64,000 bases of DNA from contig OX597819.1 of NCBI GenBank assembly GCA_951406725.2, positions 13,640,001 to 13,704,000 on the forward strand, read 5' to 3'. Below are positions 1 through 13,228 of the stretch, in pieces. The position numbers and the translations under genes were made by a program. The number at the start of each line of letters is the position of its first letter. Within the stretch, counting starts at the first letter, position 1. The notes under the pieces were generated by a model, which searched no databases, was not told where the DNA came from, and worked only from the letters and a program-made list of their open reading frames with translations. This DNA is from Octopus vulgaris. Its lineage: Eukaryota.

Positions 1-81
1 TTTTTGATGTGAAATCGTGTGTTGAAACAGATATTGATATTGATTTTATTGGCTAAACTGGTAACATGACCATCCGTAAAT

Positions 82-90
<9 letters not shown>
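1..90. mobile_element. Penelope-like pLTR fragment with internal inversion
   Basis: Near-identical to 6293-6385. The first part matches 6425-6465 directly and the second part matches 6465-6507 in reverse complement. Ends in (TA)n. Confidence 0.5.
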
Positions 91-140
<50 letters not shown>

Positions 141-143
<3 letters not shown>

Positions 144-542
144 TCTTTTACTCTTTTACTTGTTTCAGTCATTTTGACTGTGGCCATGCTGGAGCACCGC
201 CTTTAGTCGACCAAATCGACCTCAGGACTTATTCTTTGTATGCCTGGTACTTATTCTATCGGCCTCTTTTGCCGAACCACTAAGTTTCGGGGACGTAAAC
301 ACACCAGCATCGGTTGTCAAGCAATGCTAGGGGAACAAACACAGACACACAAACATACACGCACACATATATACATATATACGACGGGCTTCTTTCAGTT
401 TCCATCTACCAAATCCATTCACCAGGCTTTGGTCGGCCCGAGGCTATAGTAGAAGACACTTGCCCAAGGTGCCACGCAGTGGGACTGAACCCGGAACCAT
501 GTGGTTGGTAAACAAGCTACTTACCACACAGCCACTCCTACG

Positions 543-546
<4 letters not shown>
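141..546 (-). mobile_element. SINE family A (tRNA-derived, CORE-type), full length
   Basis: Minus strand shows a head with A box TGGCTGTGTGG and B-box-like GGTTCAGTCCC, CORE-like CACCTTGGGCAAGTG, an internal TA/TG microsatellite and a (GAGTAAAA)n tail. More than 15 copies or fragments occur in the window. Confidence 0.9.
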
Positions 547-599
<53 letters not shown>

Positions 600-833
600 C
601 GATCCTGTCTGTAAAACTGAAACACAGATATAGGTGCAGATTTCGGTGTGTGCCAAGAAGCTTGCTTCCCAGTCACATGGTTCCTGGTTCGGTCTCATTG
701 CGTGACACCTTGGGCAAGTGCCTTCTACTATACCCGCGGGCCGACCAAAGCCTTGTGAGAGGATTTCGTAGACGAAAACTGAAAAAAGCCTATCGTGCGC
801 GCGCGCACACATAGACACACACACATGCATACA

Positions 834-893
<60 letters not shown>

Positions 894-1008
894 CACTACC
901 TGTCATAAACAACCTTTTTCTATTTGCAATGTGCATTTTCGTTGATTTTTCATATTTTACCCTTACATTTCCACGTGTATTTTATATTTTCTTTTCGTAA
1001 CATATTTC

Positions 1009-1421
<413 letters not shown>

Positions 1422-1856
1422 ATGTGTGTGTATATGTCTTTGTGTCTGTGTTTGTCCCCCAATACTGCTTGACAAGCGGTGTTGGTGTGTTTACATCCCC
1501 GTAAATTAGCGGTTCGGCAAAAGAGACCGATAGAATAAGCACCAGGCTTTACGAAGGAAAACTTACTGGGGTTGATTTGTTCGATTAAGAATTCTTCAAG
1601 GCGGTGCCCCAGCATGGCCGCGGTCATAATGACTGGAACGAGTGAAAGATGAAGGAACTCGATCCATCGTCAGAAGAAGAATGTTTAGAATGGTCTGGAA
1701 AATAGAATGCCTGAAGAGAGAGAGAGAGGGGGGAGAGGAGGGAGAGAGAGGGAGAGAGAGAAGGGGGAGAGAGGGAGAGAGAGAGAGGGGGAGGTATAGC
1801 AACGGTCGAAATGGAGAGCGGAAGGTGACTGAGATAGAGATAGAATCTGTAGTGTT

Positions 1857-2050
1857 ATTCTTTTATTTGCTTCAGTCATTTGACTGCGGCCATGCCGGAG
1901 CACCACCTTTAGTCGAACAAATCGACCCCAGGCCTTATTCTGCGTTAGCCTAGTACCTATTCTATCGGTTTCTTTTTTGCCGAACCGCTAAGTTACGGAG
2001 ACGTAAACACACCAACATCGGTTGTCAAGCGATGGTGGTGGGGGGGAGAG

Positions 2051-2087
<37 letters not shown>

Positions 2088-2242
2088 TATACGATGGGCA
2101 TCTTTCAGTTTTCGTCTACGAAATCCACTCACAAGGTTTTGGTCAGCCCGTGACTATAGTGGAAGTGCCACGCAGTGGGACTGAACCATTAACCATGTGG
2201 TTGGTAAGCAAGCTTCTTACCACACAGCCACGCCAGCGCCTA
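1857..2242 (-). mobile_element. SINE family A
   Basis: Head, body and tail match the family; small internal deletion. Confidence 0.85.
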
Positions 2243-2245
2243 TGG

Positions 2246-2680
<435 letters not shown>

Positions 2681-3199
2681 GTGTAAGGATGAAGTGGGAC
2701 GGTAAGAGCGAGGAAGATCTGAGAATTGGTTCAGCCTTAAAATCATTGGATGGTGAAGGATGAGAGAGAAACGCATGGATGGAGGAGGGGAAGATAAGTG
2801 AGAATAGCAAATTCGCTTATCTATGAAGGTTTTTCCATCTGAACACTCGTCGTATGTCCATATTATCTGAAATCCTTGAACGTATGTATCACCTACCATT
2901 AGCGGTTCGGCAAAAGAGACCGATAGAATAAGCACCAGGCTTTACGAAGGAAAACTTACTGGTGTTGATTTATTCGATTAAAAATTCTTCAAGGCGGTGC
3001 CCCAGCATGGCCGCAGTCTATTGAGTGGAACGAGTGAAAGATGAAGGAACTCGATCCATCGTCAGAAGAAGAATGTGTAGAATGGTCTGGAAAATAGAAT
3101 GCCTGAAGAGAGAGAGGGTGAGATATAGCAACGGTCGAAATGGTGACTGAGATAGAGATAGAATCTGTAGTGTTATTCTTTTACTTGCTTCAGTCAGTT

Positions 3200-3277
3200 A
3201 TGGCGCTCCGTCGGTTATGTCGACGAGGGTTCAAGTTGATCAGATTAACAGAACAGCCTGCTCAGGAAATATAACGG
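3200..3277 (-). mobile_element. 3' tail fragment of SINE family B
   Basis: CTCCGTCGGTTA..CGACGAGGGTTC...AACAGCCTGCTC matches the tails at 23904, 25052, 28581 and 43486. Confidence 0.75.
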
Positions 3278-3579
3278 TGACCCAACTTATTTCTTTCCAA
3301 AATAAGTTACAAACCATCACACTATGGTAATACAGACGCTTACCTGTAACAAGAACAAAAAAATTTGTTCTTCATTAACGTATTGGCAGACATACACCCA
3401 AACGCGCATTCCTACAGTCTCATAGGTACACATATCCACATGTACATGCCCAGGTTTAAATTATATATTTTTATACAAATGCTACTAACGAGCGACTACA
3501 CGCACATCCCTTTTGTTTCTAGTTTTCTTTTACATTTCCTCTCATTCATCACCTCTCTCTCTCCCTCTTTTCTATCTAT

Positions 3580-3662
<83 letters not shown>

Positions 3663-3789
3663 AAAAAAGATGGGTGAATGTAGCAAGGATGACACGTATG
3701 AATGACGAAGCCACCTTGACTATGATTCTATGAACCGTAAAAATTAATACAGAGTGTTGCTTATTTGCAAAAAAAACAAAGAAATATAA

Positions 3790-4112
3790 CATGTGACTTC
3801 ATTGACCGAGGTTACCGTGGTCTTTTCCGTAGGCTTTTCCTTCCACGGGTAAACCTCACCTGTCCTCCCCTTTACACTTCATATTGACATTTCTGTGATT
3901 ACGATCCCTATTGATCAACTTTTTTTCCTCTCCCCTTTTCTTTATTTTTCCTCTCCCCCCCTTTTTTAAAATCCTCCCCTTTTTTGTCCTCTTTCTTTCC
4001 TTTTACGATCCCTTTTGATCGAAAACCAACCCCCTTTTTTTCCCCAAAAAAGAAAAGCTCTACCTTGTAATTTGCTCTGTCTGTGTGCAGCCCTGTGTAT
4101 GTAATAAAGAAA
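3790..4112 (+). mobile_element. Probable LINE 3' UTR (Tx1/L1-like)
   Basis: Pyrimidine-rich tract ending CAGCCCTGTG..TAATAAAGAAA and running into (TATC)n. The tail resembles that of SINE C. The clade is inferred. Confidence 0.4.
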
Positions 4113-4114
4113 CA

Positions 4115-4187
<73 letters not shown>

Positions 4188-4270
4188 CTATATCTATCTA
4201 TCTATCTATCCATTCATCCATGTATGTATGTATGTATGTATGTATGTATGTATGTATGTATGTATGTATG

Positions 4271-4302
<32 letters not shown>

Positions 4303-4316
4303 CATGTATCTGTCTT

Positions 4317-4395
<79 letters not shown>

Positions 4396-4415
4396 GTCTA
4401 TCTATCTATCTATCT
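4115..4415. repeat. (TATC)n/(TATG)n compound microsatellite
   Basis: Direct inspection; another (TATC)n lies at 3571-3661. Confidence 0.98.
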
Positions 4416-4998
4416 ATTAGTCTGACTGTCTATGTTTTTTCTCTTCCTGTCCGTATGTCTCTATTTCTTTCTCTGCCTATCTGTCTTTCCATTTATCCAG
4501 CCATCTATCTTTCCGTCTGTCTACCTCCACCTTATATGCCGGCGACTTTGTATAAACCGAATACGCAGATACTAACATCAGAAGAGACGCTATCGAGTTT
4601 CGTTTCAGGAATGTATCCTTAAACACTGTCTATCAAATCTATTGCTGTGTTACCTGTGGTTGCTCGCCAAAGACATGACTACCTGCTGGCAATAGCTATC
4701 TGGCTCTGTCGTCTGCTTGGTACGAGGAATTGCTTGCTAGCTGATGACGTGGCAGTTTCTGATTGGTTGAGAAAGAGGGAGGGCGAGTAAGAAAGAATTG
4801 AGAGGGAGGAAGTAGATATAGTGAGAGAATGACAGTGGGAAAGAGAGTGGGGACGTGAGAGGGAGAGAGAGAGAGTTGGATGAGAGGAGTATGAGAAGAC
4901 GGATTAGAGAAAGATTGTATGCAGAGAGAAAGAGAGAGAGAGGGAGAGGAGAAAAAGAGAGAAATACGAATCAGAGAAAGATATTTGGAAGAAACGGA

Positions 4999-5035
<37 letters not shown>

Positions 5036-5383
5036 ACGGAGAGAAAGTTAGAGTGAGAAAGATGAGGATATAGAATGAATGAAAGGACATTCGTACGCGT
5101 GACTGTGTGTGGGGGGTGGATGGGGGGCGGGGTGAGTGAATAGGAAGGCGAAGAGGAGGAAAGAAATATCAAGAGGAAGAAAAGATGGCGGAGAGGGAAG
5201 ACATTGAGAGAGAGAAATTGAGAGAGAGAGAGGGGGGGGGAGAGACACACACACACACACATAGAGGGGGAGAAAAAGGAAGTTGTGCATTTTTATTTCT
5301 TTTAAGTTGTTGGCTGGCTGCAGATCAGTTCTGTTGGAAGAAAAAGCATTCCAAACGTGACCATTCCGTACTCTTCCTCTTGG

Positions 5384-5385
<2 letters not shown>

Positions 5386-5463
<78 letters not shown>

Positions 5464-5559
5464 TACACAAACACACACATACACACACACACACACACAC
5501 ACAAACACACACACGCACACACACAAACACACACACACACACGCACGCACACACACACA

Positions 5560-5625
<66 letters not shown>

Positions 5626-5653
5626 ACACACACACACACACATACACACACAC

Positions 5654-5748
<95 letters not shown>

Positions 5749-5755
5749 CACACAC
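5386..5755. repeat. (CA)n microsatellite
   Basis: Direct inspection. Confidence 0.99.
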
Positions 5756-6289
5756 GGTTGAATCAGGACCACTTTATCCAAAGTGCTTTCCTTTTCTTAG
5801 ACGTTACGGTGTGACTTGAGGCCGATTTGGCTGCTATTCCTGGCAGGTTGAACCACCATGTAGATGCTCTTCCAGTGGTTTCTGATATGATATTCTGCTA
5901 TGATTTGGTAAATCCCAGTGCTTAAGAACCATGTGTTTCTGAGATCAATCTCAACGTGCGGCATCTTAAGCAAGTATCTTCAATGCCTTGTGAGAGGACT
6001 TCCGTAGACGGAAACTTCCTGAAACCCATACATACATACATACATACATACATACATACACACACATACATACATACATATATACATACATGCACACACA
6101 TACACACACATATACACATACATACATACATACATACACACACATACACACACACATATACACATACATACATGCATTCATACATACATACATACACACA
6201 CATACACACACATATACACACACACACACATACATATCTACATATATATATATGTGTGTGTGTGTTACGTTTATATATTTGTTTTTTTT

Positions 6290-6376
6290 TCAAGATTCTT
6301 GATGTGAAATCGTGTGTTGAAACAGATATTGATATTGTTTTTATTTGCTAAACTGGTAACATGACCATCCCTAAAT

Positions 6377-6421
<45 letters not shown>

Positions 6422-6852
6422 TTGCAAGATTCTTGATGTGCAATCGTGTGTTGAAACATATGTTGTTGTATTTAGGAATGGTCATTTTGCCAGTTTAGCC
6501 AATAAAAACACACGCACTATATATTTGGTGTTATTTTGCTTCAGTGTTATTTATTTCTTACATTAATCTTAATCTTATTTCGGCCTGAGTTCTTTCGTCA
6601 CACATACAATAGGAATACAAAATACAAATTTGCTAACCGTTAGTAAGGAGAGACACACAAATAAGAAAGAAGAAAGCAAAGGGCCACTGATGAGGTCACA
6701 GAAGTGTGACGAAAGAACTCTGACCGAAATAAGATTAGGATTAATGTAAAAAATAAATAACGCTGAAGCAAATTAACACCAAATATATAGTGCGTGTGTT
6801 TTTATTGGCTAAATATAACAACAACAATTCCTAAATATAACAACAACATATA
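6290..6852. mobile_element. Penelope-like pLTR cluster with inverted arms
   Basis: 6495-6604 is the reverse complement of 6704-6812. A hammerhead-like motif lies at 6682-6725. Embedded in (TA)n. Confidence 0.6.
6682..6725 (+). ncRNA. Minimal type-I hammerhead ribozyme motif
   Basis: ggcca CTGATGA g gtcaca-gaag-tgtgac GAAA gaacTC tgacc; stem I is 4/5 paired. Confidence 0.55.
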
Positions 6853-6855
6853 TTT

Positions 6856-7455
6856 CTCTTTTTTTTTTACTTGTTTCAGTCATTTGACTGCGGCCATGCT
6901 GGAGCACCGCCTTTTAGTCGAGCAAATCGACCCCAGGACTTATTTTTTGTAAGCCTAGTACTTATCATATCGGTCTCTTTTGCCGAACCGCTAAGTAACG
7001 GGGACGTAAACACACCAGCATCAGTTGTCAAGCGATGTTGGGGAGACAAATACAGACACACAAACACACACACATATATATACATATATATATATGTATA
7101 TAGTTGCTTTCAGGCGGCGAGCTGGCAGAAACGTTAGCATGCCGGGCGAAATGCTTAGCGGTATTTCGTCTGCCGTTACGTTGTGAGTTCAAATTCCGCC
7201 GAGGTCGACTTTGCCTTTCATCCTTTCGGGGGCGATAAATAAAGTACCAGTTAAGCACTGGGGTCGTTGTAATCGACTTGTGTTTATCCCCTTGTGGGTA
7301 GTAAAGAAATACATACATATATATATATAGAGAGAGAGAGAGGGAGAGAGAGAGAGAGAGAGAGACGGGCTTCTTTCAATTTCCGTCTACCAAATCCACT
7401 CACAAGGCTTTGGTCGGCCCAAGGCTATAGTAGAAGACACTGGCCCAAGGTGCCA
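6856..7455 (-). mobile_element. SINE A interrupted by SINE C
   Basis: 3' half at 6856-7095 and 5' part at 7364-7455. Confidence 0.8.
7113..7311 (+). mobile_element. SINE family C (tRNA head, Meta-domain-like body)
   Basis: GGCGGCGAGCTGGCAGAA head, GAGTTCAAATTCC B box, and GACTTTGCCTTTCATCCTTTCGGGG..GATAAA..AGTACCAG body. Confidence 0.85.
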
Positions 7456-7929
7456 ATATATATCTATATCTATCTATCTATATATATATTATTAATAATA
7501 ATAATAAAGGGTAAAAGTAATTAGTTAACTAGTAATTAAAGCAAATTTTTGCTGAACCCTAATTATAATTATACTCATAATTATAAAATATTATTATTAT
7601 TATATATATATGTATGTGTGTGTGTGTGTGTGTGTGCGTGTGTGTGTGTGTTTGTGTTTGTGTGTGAGCGTGTGTCTGTATAATTTTAAAAACGAGTAGT
7701 AAATAGACATACGAACAGAAAACACAGAAGGTCACCAACTCCACTTCAGTTATCGGCCAGAGGGTCGAGTGCAATTTCGGCCATTATCGATAATATTGCT
7801 TTATATAATAAAGGAAGGAGCATGCACAGTGTTTACATAGTTTTGATATATCTTAAATGAAAGAACATTGTGGTTGTCGACCGGTTTCGCTTTCGCTAAT
7901 CATGACATTGTATACGTGTGTGTTTGTGA

Positions 7930-8760
7930 AAGAAGCCTGTCATATATATGCATATATATGTGTTTGTGTGTCTTTGTGTCTGCGTTTGTCCCCCACCATC
8001 GCTTTGCAACTGGCGTTGGTGTGTTTATGTTCCCGTGACTTAGCGGTTCGAAAGAAAGACTTTTACAAAAATCTGGACTCGTTCGACTAAAATCTTTCAA
8101 GTCGGTGCTCCAGCATGGCCACATTCTAGTGACTGAAACAAGTAAAAAATAATAGAGATTAGCATAAATAAATAAATTCTTTCGGAAAGCATGCCGGGGC
8201 ACCGACTTGAAGAATTTCTAATCGATTGAATGGACACCGGTACTTCATTATTAAAGTATGGTACTTAGTCTATCTGTCTCTTTTGTCGATCCGCTATATT
8301 AGGGACACGTAAACACACCAACAATGGTTGTCAGACGGTGGGGGGTGGGGGACAATTACAGAGACAAACATACACACACACACATATATATATCTTTTTA
8401 TTCTCTTTTCTCTTTTATTTGTTTCAGTCATTTGACTGCGGCCAGGCTAGAGCACTGACTTTAGTCGAAGAAATCGACTGCAGGATTTATTCTTCGCAAG
8501 CCTAATACTTATTCTATCAGTCTCTTTTGCCGAAACGCTAAGTTTCGGGGACGTAAACACACCAGCATCGGTTTCAAGCGATAGTAGGGGGACAAACACA
8601 CACACATACGACGGGCTTCTTTAAGTTTCCGTCTACCAAATCCACTCAAAAGGCTTTGGTCGGCCTGAGGCCATATCAGAAGACGCTTGCCCAAGGTGCT
8701 AAGCAGTGGGACTGAACCCGGAACCATGTGGTTGGGAAGCAAACTTCTTACCACACAGCC
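7930..8760. mobile_element. Cluster of three SINE A copies or fragments
   Basis: 7930-8150 (+), 8185-8390 (-), 8395-8760 (-). Confidence 0.8.
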
Positions 8761-9221
8761 AAGCTTGAGTCTGTAAGAAGTTGGATGGGCATGGCTGGAA
8801 TGTTTTTGATCAGAGTTCTGCACGATCAAAGCTGTCTGAGAGGCTAAACATCATTGACAATTGCAGGCCCAACAGCAGCAGCAACAACAGCAACCGCTGC
8901 AGACGCGGTAGCAGCAGCAGTAGCAGCAATAACAACAACGGTTCTAAGTGTCAGCGATTTTCCCCCTTTTCGTCCCCTTTTTCCTTGCGACCATTTTGTT
9001 TTTTTCTGTTTATTTTCTCTTTAGTTTCCAAACAATGGAATTAGTTTTCCTGTTTCGTATTTGAAATGAAAATGAGAAAAGTAAAGAACAAAATATTTAT
9101 TTAGATTTCTCGTGAAATTTCGTTTCAGTTTGTTTTGCAGTCGTTTTGTGGAGCTGTTTTTATTTTTATTCTTTCAAGTCCGATGTAAATTTACTCTGAG
9201 AGAAGCCCTGGAGTAAATACT

Positions 9222-9366
9222 GGCATTCCTTCGATATTGGTCTACGGAGTGTCGGTGTGAGGAGACGACCTCATTCACCCTCTTTTTCAGTCTAGCCTTT
9301 TTATCAATGTCACGAGAGAAGGTGGAATGGGTGAATGACGTCGTGTACCAACATCGAAGGATTGCC
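9222..9366. mobile_element. 145-bp MITE with 8-bp TSD (Merlin-like)
   Basis: TSD TAAATACT at 9214-9221 and 9367-9374. The 20-bp TIR GGCATTCCTTCGATATTGGT is 18/20 paired, and there is an internal 16-bp inverted repeat. Confidence 0.65.
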
Positions 9367-9591
9367 TAAATACTTGGCAGAGGAGGAGTACAAGACGTGT
9401 GAAATGTAAATGAAACAATTCAACTTTGTGGAGAAAATAATTCCTGTCATTTGATAGTTTCCATTTCAAGTTTACTTAAATCGGAGAGTTGTGTAATTTT
9501 CCCATGATGCAATGTTGATTTAAGCCGAAAACTCATATCGCCGCCGCCGCCCCCCCACCACCACAACCACTATCACTACTACCAAGACTAG

Positions 9592-9622
<31 letters not shown>

Positions 9623-10493
9623 GGGGTGGTATGGGAGAGAGAGAGAAAGAGAGAAAGAGGGGGTGGTATAGACGAGAGAGAGAGAGAGAGTACATAGGGT
9701 GGAAGAAGAGAAACCACTACATAATGAAGGTTTATGTTAGTGTACCCCTAATAAGGGACAGGCAGTCATAGCTGTTTTCTGAAAATCTACTGTCTCCCTT
9801 ATTCCTCCGTCGATAGTTGCTTTCAAATATGAATTGTTATTTAATCCCAAGCTAGCCATAATCGAAGAAACCTATGAACAAGGCGTTCTTGCCATGGCTA
9901 TCCTGTCCAATTACATATCTAGAACTATATGGAATGTACCCTCCTTTTTTTTAAGAGACTAGGGTGTAATTTGAACAAAAAACATAAATAAAAATCAAAA
10001 TTGGATGCCGCTTCTTGTGAGGGTGGCGAGCAACAACGACGTAGTGTTCCGACGCTGGATCAGCATTCGGTTTAGAAGTTTTAAAAGAATGAAAGCAAAT
10101 TGAGTGGAAGTGATGAGATTCCGTAAAGAGAACAGGAGAAGTCTCTTGATTTTATTAACCGGATTCCCTCGTTTTGAGGCTTCCACGGGTCCTTACATGT
10201 ATAGTGATATCTTAAATATTTCAGAAATAACGGCTAAGGTATAATGTTCCAAAATACTATGATTCCCAGCAACGAATGCTACTGAGAAGGCAGTTAGGTG
10301 ACTCGTGTGTCAACGTATAATAGCCACCACAGCTACATGAGAGCAATGACAATAATTCTATACAACTACAGAGCTGTACTGATTGTTACAGAGATTGTTT
10401 ATATGAAATTATGGGATTTCACTGTCTCCATTTTCGGTCAACTTACTTTCACTTTTTGAATCGCTGAATTGCATGTTAAACAGATCAAGTATA

Positions 10494-10791
10494 TCTTTAT
10501 ATATAAAAGTCAAGTTGTGCGTCTGTCTCCTACGATTTAGATTCCTAACTACTCCCACATTTTGCGCTGCAGTTTAACCAAAACCGGGTATCTTATAGTC
10601 GTGATTCATATCGAGCCCTTCTGTGTATTAGCGCGCGTCTACGATGAGTCTACGATTTAAAAAAAAATTTACCATAATTTTTTTTTCTATTTTTAATGCA
10701 TTTTTTTGCTATTTTTTGGCTATAACTCTCTAAAAATGCTTATATAGTTATTTCCCTTACAAACCCGAGCAACGCCGGGCGATGCTGCTAG
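10494..10791 (+). mobile_element. Non-autonomous Helitron
   Basis: 5' TC(TTTATATATAAAA), subterminal hairpin CCCGAGCAACGCCGGG, 3' CTAG, inserted between A and T, no TSD. Copies at 34909 and 63584. Confidence 0.88.
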
Positions 10792-11581
10792 TTAATAGAT
10801 AATCCTCGTGGTGAGCTCTCTCAATGTCCATTTTTTTTTTTGTAATGATTGGAAAATATATATGCAACAGAAACATTTAGTAGAGTCCGAAACGCCTAGG
10901 AATCAAATCTGGATCGATATGCTCCAACGACAAGAATTTTGTTAAAAACTGATGACATCAGCAAACCACTGACCAATCAAATCCCCGATAGAGATGACTG
11001 TATCAACATGGATGTGATTCACTCAATTACTGATGACGTCAGCAAATCACTGATCTCTCCGATCTCTGATAGAACAGGATGTCATTGACAATTTGTTTTT
11101 GGCACCCTTTTTCCGGACAAAAACATTATCTATGAATTGAATTGTCAGTCAGCTAGCTGCCAATTGAGGAACACATCTGCTAGCACAGATCCCCACACAC
11201 ATACACAAACACACCTCGCAACGACTGAGAAAAATCTTGACCGAAACAACTTCAAAAACAGTTGAATCATTCAACTTGGTGTAGACATTTCTTCTCTGTC
11301 GTTGGTCGCAACGATAGTATATTGTTTTGTTTAACAATGAATAAATATCGTTGCTTTGGAACTTCACACGAATTTGTTCTTGTATTTATCTATTTGTTCT
11401 TGTATCTATTCAAGCAAGTCGTTACACTGGTAACTTCCAAAAACCGAAATATTCTTATCGTTAAACATTTATAAGGAGAAGTTAAATTAAATGGATTAAT
11501 TTAGGAACCGAACCTGTGACGCAGAATCAGCTTGCCAGAAGTTTACCGCCAAATTACAGCTCTCACATGTACCAATATATA

Positions 11582-12125
11582 CGAAGGTGAGTTAAAAAGT
11601 AATGCCATTTTGTTTAGGATCAACACAGGAACATGTATCATACATCAAAATGAAGCTGGTCCTCTGTGGATCACATCCCTACTTCTCAACAAAGCCACCG
11701 TTTCTCTCAATAGCAATGTTCCACCTTCGAATGAGAGCATGTATCCCTTCCCCGTAAAATTCTGTTGACTGTTCTTTCAGACACTTCTTCACTACAGTTT
11801 TCACTTCATCGTCACTGGAATAATGTTTGCCTCTCAAACACTCTGTCATGGCGCCGAAGAGCTGATAGTCTGAAGGCGCTAAATCTGGTGAGTGTGGAGG
11901 TAGTGAAGAAGTAGCTCAAAGAACAGTCAACAGAATTTTACGGGGCAGGGATACATGCTCCCATTCGAAGGTGGAACATTGCTATTGAGAGAAATGGTGA
12001 CTATGTTGAGAAGTAGTGATGTGATCCACAGAGGACCAGCTTCATTTTGATGTATGATACATGTTCCTGTGTTGGTAATTATACCTGTCCCAAACAAAAT
12101 GGCATTGCTTTCTGACTCACCCTCC
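11582..12125. mobile_element. Mariner-derived foldback element
   Basis: TA-flanked, with ~215-bp inverted arms. The minus strand reads PHSPDLAPSDYQLF...RRWNIAIERNG.VEK*, the C-terminus of a mariner transposase. Confidence 0.88.
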
Positions 12126-12206
12126 TACATTCATTTTAACAAAATGCCTCAGTTAATTTTTATAGTAAACCTCAGAACTTAAAGTTGAAATTTGAAAATG
12201 TAAACT

Positions 12207-12275
12207 CTCGGTGAAGCAATTTTTCTCGGTGAAGCAATTTTTCTCGGTGAAGCAATTTTTCTCGGTGAAACAAAT
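12207..12275. repeat. 18-bp tandem repeat, about 3.5 copies
   Basis: Unit CTCGGTGAAGCAATTTTT. Confidence 0.9.
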
Positions 12276-12824
12276 TCATTGCTGATGATCATAAAGTTTT
12301 TTAACCCCAAGTCAACCCTAATTAAGCAGACCACTAATGAGAAAGAGACAGACATATAATAATTTAACCTTCTGTCATGAATAGTAATTTTCAAAACGTG
12401 TTTCGCGAAAATAAAAATTGGGGTTTCACTAGATAAAAAATCTCGAAGGTCAGCAGCAAACACCTTACACTTCATCTTATACTTACACTTTAACGATTCT
12501 GCCACTCCATCACCTTATAATAATAACTTCTAAGACATAAAGCCAGAAATTTAGGGGTTTAGTTAATTAATCCACTTGATTGGTATTTTGTTTTATCGAC
12601 ACTGGAAGGATGAAAGGCAAAGTTCGTTCATTTGAATTATAAACGTAAAGTAGTAGAATAAATAAGGTTTAGCGTGGTTAAGCCATTAACTCTTTCGTTG
12701 GTTGTTCACAATTATAAGTCGATCGTGAAGACAAGAATGAGTACACTAATATTTATTTCATATATTTCATTAACCCGCATCGTTTAGATTTACATGTGTA
12801 CATATAATTAAATTACTCGAACCA

Positions 12825-13228
12825 TAGGCGCAGGAGTGGCTGCGTGGTAAGTAGCTTGCTAACCAACCACATGGTTCCGGGTTCAGTCCCACTGCGTGGC
12901 ATCTTGGGCAAGTGTCTTCTGCTATAGTCCCAGGCCGACCAATGCCTTGTGAGTGGATTTTGTAGATGGAAACTGAAAGAAGCCCGTCGTATATATGTAT
13001 ATATATATATATATATGTGTGTGTGTTTGTGTGTCTGTGTTTGTCCCCCTAGCATTGCTTGACAACCGATGCTGGTGTGTTTACGTCCCCGTCACTTTGC
13101 GGTTCGGCAAAAGAGACCGATAGAATAAGTACTGGGCTTACAAAGAATAAGTCCCGGGGTCGATTTGCTCGACTAAAGGCGGTGCTCCAGCATGGCCGCA
13201 ATCAATTGACTGAAACAAGTAAGAGTAA
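12825..13228 (+). mobile_element. SINE family A, full length
   Basis: Matches the family consensus end to end. Confidence 0.92.
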
